Of a stretch of DNA of 31,095 bases, positions 25,897-31,095 are shown piece after piece. A program made the translations under genes and the position numbers. Origin of the DNA: a virus (lineage: Duplodnaviria; Caudoviricetes); IMG/VR virus record IMGVR_UViG_3300029775_000377, positions 1 through 31,095 of that record; one strand, written 5' to 3'. The number at the start of each line of letters is the position of its first letter. The first letter of the stretch is position 1. The notes under the pieces are model-generated. The model worked only from the letters and a program-made list of their open reading frames with translations. It searched no databases and was not told where the DNA came from.

Positions 25897-27179
25897 TTTA
25901 CCGCCACATCCTTAAAATCACTTGCCGCGTCGTGCGGGTGGTACGGTGGCCGCTTGTCCGACTCCTGTACAAGCGCCGGCTTTCCGGCCGATACAACAAC
26001 ATGTTTACCGGCGACCTCCGCAAATTTGCTTTTGCCAAGCGTCTTTTCAACGGCCGCAAGCGTCAGCGGCTTGCGTTCATAGAGCATTGCTTCGTCATAC
26101 CCGGCGGCCTCGATATCCTTAAACGCCGTATCCATATTGTCAAATACCCGCTTGCTGCGCCCCTCGACTGCTTTCCAGCCGGGTATTACCTTGCCAGCAA
26201 GCGTCGCAGTCAAAGCATACTCTTTAAGGTCTGCCGCCCATTTTTCAAGGTCGACGGCTTTTTTCAGCACTTCGCCGACTTCACTGTCTGTTAAAAGCGT
26301 CGGTTTCGGGAATTCTCCGCTTTCTGCCTTACTCGGCGCCGCAATGCCCTTAAAATCTTCAAGGGCGGTATTTTCCTTTGCCCTCGCCCTGCATGTATAC
26401 CGTGCCCGGCAAAACCGTCAGGTATCCGGTGAAGGTTTAAACTCGCCCTCACCTTTGAAAGCTTGATCTGCTAAAGGCTTTACGGTAAATACACCCCAGT
26501 TTACAAGGCTGTCGCGTGATATTTTCCACTCTTTTACCGTATCACCCTCAGCGCGCGGCTGGAATACAGTTAAAATGATATTCGGTGTATTATAGAATTT
26601 GCCGTAAATCTCAATAGCCCCAAGACCGTAAAGCATAAGCTGTGGATTATTTTCTACTTCGACTATCACGCCTTTGCCGTATTTGAAATCAATGACATGC
26701 AGCGTATCACTGCCGATTATGATACAGTCGCCTGTGCCGAAGCCCTCGGGCGCATAGCGTGAATAATCAAGTTTGCGCTCCACTGCGATTGTAGGTTTTT
26801 CCTTATATGACATATATACTTTGGATATGTAGTCAAGGTAATCGTCCGTACAGCGCTGCATTTCTTCACTGTAGTGCCCGTCCTTTTTCAGCTTATTCAT
26901 ACGGGTGTTGAATGTACGCGGCCCCATCGGCTCTACAAATTTCTTGCGTACTTTAAGTTCCGCAATACTATGCGCGAGCGTCCCTTCGGCGGCATATTCG
27001 CTGCCGGTGTCGGGAAACTGTTCTTCAAGCCGCGCCGACGGTGTGCAGTGCAGCCAGCGCGCCGCGCCGGACGCGGATAAGATTGCATGTTTACGCGCTT
27101 TTGTTTTCTTAGGTCCTACACTTTCGCATGGGATACGCCCCTCACACATTCCATCGACAATATCATCCGCAGCATTCAT
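25893..27179 (-). pseudogene. DUF2800 Cas4-like PD-(D/E)XK nuclease, one 428-codon frame with in-frame TGA at codon 254 (26418-26420)
   Basis: HA.LSAS...RW..C.PS, A.EGT.AH, GFGTGD, VIDFKYGKG, N.QL.LY.LGA; then PDT-TGA-RFCRARYTCRARA... continuing in frame into the track ORF 25893..26270 (PGWK.VEGRS.R, GKPALV.ESDKRP). Confidence 0.85.
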
Positions 27180-27724
27180 ATTTTCACCCCCAACCCGCGT
27201 AAAGCTGTAGCGTATTCCCCGTACCGCTCTTTGGGCAACGCCGTTAACTGCTGAATGCCGAATTGCTGGAAAAGCTGCTGAATCTGCTGTATTTTGCCCA
27301 TGTCGGCTAAAACTGCTGTCGCCCTTGCAAGCTGTTCCCGTGTGTATTGTGGAGCAGCGGCTACGGGCGCTTGTTGCGGCATAGGATGGATGTTTGCTGG
27401 CGCGGGCGTGTACTGCCGTGGCGTATATGTAGGTGCTTGCTGTGGTGTAGGCTGTGTAACAGGCGGGTTATTATTTACCGGTGCCTGCTGCTGTGTTGCC
27501 GGTGCCTGTGTATATGTAGGCTGCTGTTTAGGCATAGGCGCGGGTGCTTGCATAGTGTTTACCGGTATTACGCGCTGCCTTGCCGCCATCTCCGTCGGTG
27601 ACTGTGGCGGAGTCTGCCGGTTTACTGTAACCGGGGTAACCCTTGCTATTTTTTGCAGTACCGTTAAAAGTTCAGGCGCTGCCGTAAGGGTAACGGTAAC
27701 TGTTAGATTAAAATCTGTCTGCAT
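27176..27724 (-). CDS. Conserved-type phage replication-module protein with Q/P-rich linker (182 aa)
   Basis: C-terminal YT.EQLA.A...L.D.GK......L..QFG...LT.LP.E.YG..AT.LR.LG.KI domain typical of the gene preceding DUF2800; ATGA-coupled to it. Confidence 0.75.
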   Translation of the reverse strand: MQTDFNLTVTVTLTAAPELLTVLQKIARVTPVTVNRQTPPQSPTEMAARQRVIPVNTMQAPAPMPKQQPTYTQAPATQQQAPVNNNPPVTQPTPQQAPTYTPRQYTPAPANIHPMPQQAPVAAAPQYTREQLARATAVLADMGKIQQIQQLFQQFGIQQLTALPKERYGEYATALRGLGVKI

Positions 27725-27726
27725 AA

Positions 27727-28002
27727 TTATTTGTCCTCCTTATTAGTTTTTAACAGATACTGTATCGCCAATCTATTTAAAACGGATATAAAATCCGGCA
27801 GGTCGGTGTCATTGCCCGTTAGGTCTTTAAACTGCAGTTCTAAGGCCAATAGCTCTGCTGTAAAAAATGCTGTTATGTTACTGCCGTCTTTGCCGAGGTC
27901 GATTTTAGCAATCTCGGGGCGGCGGTCCTTCGGGTCAACCAAGACACGTGCCATGTTGTCATAAACGGATACCGCTATCTCCTGCTCTTTATTAAGTTGC
28001 AT
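27727..28002 (-). CDS. Hypothetical protein (~91 aa)
   Basis: GGAG RBS before the ATG at 28002; its end carries GGAGG for the next gene. Confidence 0.65.
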   Translation of the reverse strand: MQLNKEQEIAVSVYDNMARVLVDPKDRRPEIAKIDLGKDGSNITAFFTAELLALELQFKDLTGNDTDLPDFISVLNRLAIQYLLKTNKEDK

Positions 28003-28085
28003 TTTAATCTCCAATCTGCTATAATGCAGTTAGTGTATTATTGTTTACTGCCGCTTTTCCGATTGCAGTCGGAGAGCGGCTTTTT
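27997..28085 (+). ncRNA. Small antisense RNA unit (promoter, ~55-nt transcript, terminator)
   Basis: TTGCAT (27997-28002), 17 nt, TGc-TATAAT (28020-28025); hairpin GCCGCTTTTCCGAT-TGCA-GTCGGAGAGCGGC (28050-28080) followed by TTTTT; no ORF with RBS inside. Confidence 0.65.
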
Positions 28086-28126
28086 GCGCCATGCGGCATA
28101 CGGGTTAACTATCGGTAAAATTTTAA

Positions 28127-28288
28127 TCACCTCCTGCATAATCTCTGTAATCGGTAGTGCCGTGCTTGTCCCATACTGACTATGCCGATGTGTGTGTCAT
28201 GCTCTACGGCCTTTTTATACTTTTTGCAGCTGTGCCGGCAGGTATTTTTATGCGGCTCACACGGACAGTTGTAGCATACGTTATACAC
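28127..28288 (-). CDS. Small Cys-rich hypothetical protein (53 aa; absent from the track)
   Basis: AGGAGG RBS, GTG start; MYNVCYNCPCEPHKNTCRHSCKKYKKAVEHDTHIGIVSMGQARHYRLQRLCRR. Confidence 0.6.
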   Translation of the reverse strand: MYNVCYNCPCEPHKNTCRHSCKKYKKAVEHDTHIGIVSMGQARHYRLQRLCRR

Positions 28289-28442
28289 GTCTATGCCTCC
28301 TATGCACCTGCCAAAGCAGTTTTATGTTTGCGCAGCGTATTTTGGCGCGCATGGTATGTATGCCGCAGAGCAGGGCGCTAACAACGATTACGGCCGTGCC
28401 AATGATAACGAGATAAATAAGCGTATCAAGTAGGGCAGTCAT
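28281..28442 (-). CDS. Small predicted membrane protein (53 aa)
   Basis: AAGGAG RBS, ATGA overlap; hydrophobic LIYLVIIGTAVIVVSALLCGI followed by a basic tail. Confidence 0.6.
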   Translation of the reverse strand: MTALLDTLIYLVIIGTAVIVVSALLCGIHTMRAKIRCANIKLLWQVHRRHRRV

Positions 28443-28684
28443 GGCTTGTCTCCTTCCAGCGTCGGGTGCACCTGTTCCCATGTTATGCCACCGTGTGGTG
28501 GTTCAGCGGTTTGTTCTGCAGTTGGTAATAACGGTTTGTGCGGTACACATGTTTGCCGTATTATTTGCGGTGCCGGTTCAGTATTTAAAATGCTTGCCGC
28601 CAGTGTGTTAAAAATTCTGTCGCACTTGTCACTTGGCAGTTTTACCGACAGCCTTTTGTTTTCCGTACTAAGCACCAATTTCAT
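28439..28684 (-). CDS. Hypothetical protein (81 aa)
   Basis: AGGAGGT RBS and coupling to the downstream ORF. Confidence 0.6.
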   Translation of the reverse strand: MKLVLSTENKRLSVKLPSDKCDRIFNTLAASILNTEPAPQIIRQTCVPHKPLLPTAEQTAEPPHGGITWEQVHPTLEGDKP

Positions 28685-28719
28685 TGCTTGTTACCTCCTG
28701 CCTTGTAAATTTTCCTTTC

Positions 28720-28914
28720 TTAGGCGAATGCCCTTGCCAACTGTTCAGCTGTGATAAGTCCGCTCAGCCCGCGGCGATACAGCGTGCTAACTGATACTCC
28801 CATGACTTTCGCGGCCTCAGGACGTGTAAGTAACAGCTTGTCCGGATATAATTTCTCGGCACGCGTCCGTATTGCTTCAAGGGTAGGTACATAGAGTTCT
28901 TTTTCACAGGGCAT
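28720..28914 (-). CDS. Small HTH DNA-binding protein (Xis-like, 64 aa)
   Basis: LLLTRPEAAKVMGVSVSTLYRR HTH; GAGGTGA RBS before the ATG at 28914. Confidence 0.75.
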   Translation of the reverse strand: MPCEKELYVPTLEAIRTRAEKLYPDKLLLTRPEAAKVMGVSVSTLYRRGLSGLITAEQLARAFA

Positions 28915-28924
28915 AAAAATCACC

Positions 28925-29764
28925 TCACTGAAAAACGACGTTATAGGACTTGTCCAACACAATCGGGCTCTTCCTGCCTTGAGTTGTAATCCAGTTGCGC
29001 ACCATGTCAAGCACCGGCGCTTTATAACGGTCGTAGTCGTCGGAGTGGCCGTTCGCTGCAAACGGAGAATGCTCAATCAGACTCGCCGGGACGTTCAGCG
29101 TGCGGATAATTGCTGCTATGGCCTGCGAATGTGGCTTGCCTGATTTGGAGTACACGCCAAGGGCTTTTGCGATCTGTTCTTTGTCGTATGTCTTTTCGCA
29201 TTCAACCGGGGCACCGGGAATGTCGATTCCGAGTTCGCCATAGACCTGCTTATAGATTCCGGACACGGCGGCAGCGGAACGCTTTTCATCGACACCGGCA
29301 GCAAGCCACGCCTTTTTCAGAATTTCCACAGAGTGGTTAACCGGAGGTAAAGCTCGGTATTTTGATTTCGATGGCGTTGCTCCATGGCGTAAAAATGCAT
29401 TTGCAAGTACCTTTTGTGCCTTAAGCTGATACTGGACGAGCTTGTCCACTACTTCGGGATGTTCTTTTTTCATGGTCGGGGTAATCGTAATTTTTGCGAG
29501 CCAGAGTGGAACAAATTCGTTGTCAATGCACTGGACGCTTCTGACCTGCCCTTGAAATTTCAAGGGCAGGTTTTTCGCGCCCTTACACAAAACAACATCT
29601 TTTTGGATTTTCTGAACTTGCGTGTCCTTTTGGCTTTCAGTTAGGCCAATCCCTTTACATATGTAGGACACACCCGCATAGATTTTCCCGGATTTTTCGT
29701 CTTTCGCCGCCATGAGTTCGTCGCCCATGAATGGAACTGTTTTGACTGATAATTGGTTTTCCAT
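28925..29764 (-). CDS. Phage antirepressor with P22 Ant-like N-terminal domain (279 aa)
   Basis: K.VPF.G.ELMA......KIY.GV.YIC.GIGL...Q...Q..KI..D.VL, FVPLWLAKI.ITP.M....PE...KL..YQLKA..VLA.AF; AGAAAGGA RBS. Confidence 0.82.
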   Translation of the reverse strand: MENQLSVKTVPFMGDELMAAKDEKSGKIYAGVSYICKGIGLTESQKDTQVQKIQKDVVLCKGAKNLPLKFQGQVRSVQCIDNEFVPLWLAKITITPTMKKEHPEVVDKLVQYQLKAQKVLANAFLRHGATPSKSKYRALPPVNHSVEILKKAWLAAGVDEKRSAAAVSGIYKQVYGELGIDIPGAPVECEKTYDKEQIAKALGVYSKSGKPHSQAIAAIIRTLNVPASLIEHSPFAANGHSDDYDRYKAPVLDMVRNWITTQGRKSPIVLDKSYNVVFQ

Positions 29765-29779
29765 GAAAAACTTCCTTTC

Positions 29780-29808
29780 TTGAAATTCCCCTCCCACTGG
29801 TGTAGAAT
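29780..29808 (+). promoter_or_regulatory. Promoter of the oppositely oriented accessory gene
   Basis: TTGAAA (29780-29785), 17 nt, TAGAAT (29803-29808); GGGAGG RBS at 29815-29820. Confidence 0.65.
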
Positions 29809-29823
29809 CGGGGCGGGAGGGAG

Positions 29824-30177
29824 ATGCGCAATATGAAAATTAAAGAAGAACAGCAGGCACTAAAATTTTTAATTGAAACAGCTGAAGGCTGTGATAGTAG
29901 CAGTTTTTCGAAAACGGTTTTTGACCATTTTGGGGCTGACACAATTGATGTACTGGACATCCTCAAAGATGATGGCCTCATAGATTTCCGCCGAATGGGA
30001 AATGAATTGCATTGTTTTCGAATAACTCCGGGTGGGCAAAAATATTTTGATATAAAGCGGCAAACAAAACTGGAATATTGGAAAAAGTTTGCTGTTTCGC
30101 ACATTTGGAACATCATTGAATCCGCTATCGTTGCTTTTATCACATCCCTGATAACCTTAAAACTAAGCGGCAAATAA
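29824..30177 (+). CDS. Accessory protein: winged-helix-like N-domain plus C-terminal membrane anchor (114-117 aa)
   Basis: L..L...GLI..........FRITP.G..YF wHTH-like pattern, then hydrophobic IWNIIESAIVAFITSLITL; AT-rich; start 29824 or 29833. Confidence 0.75.
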   Translation: MRNMKIKEEQQALKFLIETAEGCDSSSFSKTVFDHFGADTIDVLDILKDDGLIDFRRMGNELHCFRITPGGQKYFDIKRQTKLEYWKKFAVSHIWNIIESAIVAFITSLITLKLSGK

Positions 30178-30247
30178 AGTAGGAAACAACGGCGGATTCA
30201 ATGATTCTCAGTACAGGGTCAATAACTTTTGCCTTAGTTGAATGCAT
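30140..30247 (-). CDS. Small hydrophobic peptide (35-39 aa), convergent with and overlapping the accessory gene
   Basis: AGGTGA RBS 8 nt before the ATG at 30247 (or GTG at 30259); MHSTKAKVIDPVLRIIESAVVSYFICRLVLRLSGM; directly follows the Cro-like gene. Confidence 0.5.
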   Translation of the reverse strand: MHSTKAKVIDPVLRIIESAVVSYFICRLVLRLSGM

Positions 30248-30281
30248 CCATTTTTTCACCTGCCTTTCCGTATGTAAGAAC

Positions 30282-30452
30282 TCAGGCCGTTTTCCGTGTT
30301 TTCTCGAATGCGTCGATATCATCTTGACGAATTCGATAATCACGCCCGATTTTGATTGCAGAAAGTTTTTTCTTGCGGATCCAATCCCAAACAGTAAGAG
30401 TTTTTACTTTGTACATTGAAGCAATTTCTTCACAGGTAAAATATTTGGGCAT
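30282..30452 (-). CDS. Cro/excisionase-like HTH_17 DNA-binding protein (56 aa)
   Basis: YFTCEEIA.MYKV...TV..WIR..KL.A.KIGR.YRI...D...F; first gene of the leftward early operon; AAAGGGGG RBS. Confidence 0.88.
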   Translation of the reverse strand: MPKYFTCEEIASMYKVKTLTVWDWIRKKKLSAIKIGRDYRIRQDDIDAFEKTRKTA

Positions 30453-30480
30453 AAAAATTCCCCCTTTCATTAAAAAATAC

Positions 30481-30641
30481 TTGCGTTTACTTCGGCTTAG
30501 TGATATACTTCGATTGTCGGTAAAAGTAGATCATTATTCGAAGTAGTACGTTTCTCGTTTTGTATTGCTTCGGTATTCGTGGTATGCCTATAATATACAA
30601 CGAGTTTCGTTTTATGTCAATAGGTTTGCTACGCAATTCGT
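30481..30641. promoter_or_regulatory. Lysis/lysogeny switch region with opposing promoters and operator repeats
   Basis: Leftward TTGACA (30620-30615)-17-TATATT. Rightward TTGCGT (30481)-17-TATACT (30504) and TTGCTT (30565)-18-TATAAT (30589). Repeats (A/T)CG-N4-TCG(T/G) at 30510, 30548, 30570, 30600, 30631. Confidence 0.7.
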
Positions 30642-30666
30642 TATATTATTTTAGGTTTGTGAGGGA

Positions 30667-31095
30667 TTGACAAAAATGTATGAAATTTTTGAACAACTTT
30701 TAAAGAAATACAATGTTACTCCCTACCGTGTCCATAAGGAAACAGGTGTTCCTCAAAGTACATTGAGTGATTGGAAAAACGGAAAGGGTGTTCCTAAAGT
30801 TGATAAATTAAAAGCAATCGCCGATTATTTTCATGTGTCGGTCGATTATCTTCTTGGAAATGAGCAAAAAGAAACGCTCGCCCTTACAGAAAAGGACGAG
30901 CGCGATATATCCAAACGATTAGATCAAACACTTAGTGACCTTGAAAATTCGCAAGGTGCTTTAATGTTTGACGGTGAACCGCTTGATGATGTTACAAAGG
31001 AATTGCTGATTGCGAGTTTGCGTAAAGACCTTGAAATGGGAAAAAGAATAGCCAAACAAAAATTCACGCCTAAAAAATATCGAAAGCCTGAGTGA
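30667..31095 (+). CDS. XRE-family prophage repressor (CI/ImmR-like, ~139-142 aa)
   Basis: HTH V.K.TGV.QSTLSDWK.G...PK.DKL..IADYF.VSVDYLLG; C-terminal L.FDGEPL...AK.KFTPKKYR domain; divergent from the early operon. Likely start is the ATG at 30676. Confidence 0.92.
   Translation: MTKMYEIFEQLLKKYNVTPYRVHKETGVPQSTLSDWKNGKGVPKVDKLKAIADYFHVSVDYLLGNEQKETLALTEKDERDISKRLDQTLSDLENSQGALMFDGEPLDDVTKELLIASLRKDLEMGKRIAKQKFTPKKYRKPE

Larger units (their letters stand above)
1..31095 (-). mobile_element. Temperate siphovirus-type prophage (partial; integrase, att sites and lysis genes lie outside the window)
   Basis: Contiguous canonical gene order: repressor / early / replication / late regulator / HNH-terminase / portal / protease / capsid / connector / tail / XkdX, mostly translationally coupled on the minus strand. 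Confidence 0.97.

Noticed and set aside
1576-27746. Numerous + strand ORFs in the track (e.g. 4844..5482, 7775..8518, 11898..12545, 24698..25495, 27294..27746)
   Set aside because: Antisense shadows of well-supported minus-strand phage genes, with no recognisable motifs or RBS.
29655-30173. Minus-strand 172-aa ORF
   Set aside because: Antisense to the + strand gene, which has a promoter, RBS and plausible domain structure; it also overlaps the antirepressor start out of frame.
1-31095. Genome-wide stop-codon reassignment (TAG=Gln or TGA=Trp/Gly) as an explanation for the internal stops
   Set aside because: TAG (547, 1185, 16039, 20041) and TGA (4189, 9900, 22480, 25893 and others) end genes at natural, RBS-coupled boundaries. 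Only one internal instance of each was found.

Overview
The window is almost entirely one temperate siphovirus-type prophage of a Bacillota host (probably Clostridia; inferred from gene families and GGAGG/GAGGTG ribosome-binding sites). The lytic genes lie on the minus strand. From right to left: immunity region (XRE repressor, Cro/Xis-like HTH, antirepressor); replication module (DUF2800 Cas4-like nuclease, DUF2815 SSB, family A DNA polymerase, VirE primase-helicase, iteron-rich putative origin, VRR-NUC, SNF2 helicase); ArpU-like late regulator with a consensus late promoter; an oppositely oriented hicAB toxin-antitoxin cassette; HNH-TerS-TerL-portal-Clp protease-HK97-type capsid; head-tail joining genes; major tail protein; frameshifting tail chaperones; tape measure, Dit, Gp37-like hub, fibre genes and XkdX. 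Integrase and lysis genes are not in the window. Points visible in the sequence but not in the ORF track: (1) three otherwise intact core genes each carry one non-canonical codon (in-frame TAG in Dit, ACG start in the tail terminator, in-frame TGA exactly at an Fe-S-ligand Cys of DUF2800); (2) a self-contained promoter-gene-terminator moron encoding a PH+SHOCT protein sits just upstream of the tape measure gene; (3) a convergent, overlapping gene pair in the immunity region encodes near-identical hydrophobic helices; (4) a duplicated 21-bp operator is shared by hicAB and the packaging operon; (5) a hairpin-rich late leader and a small antisense RNA; (6) the same Ig-like domain is fused to both the major tail protein and the head-tail connector. 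Family assignments come from motif recognition and gene order, not database searches.
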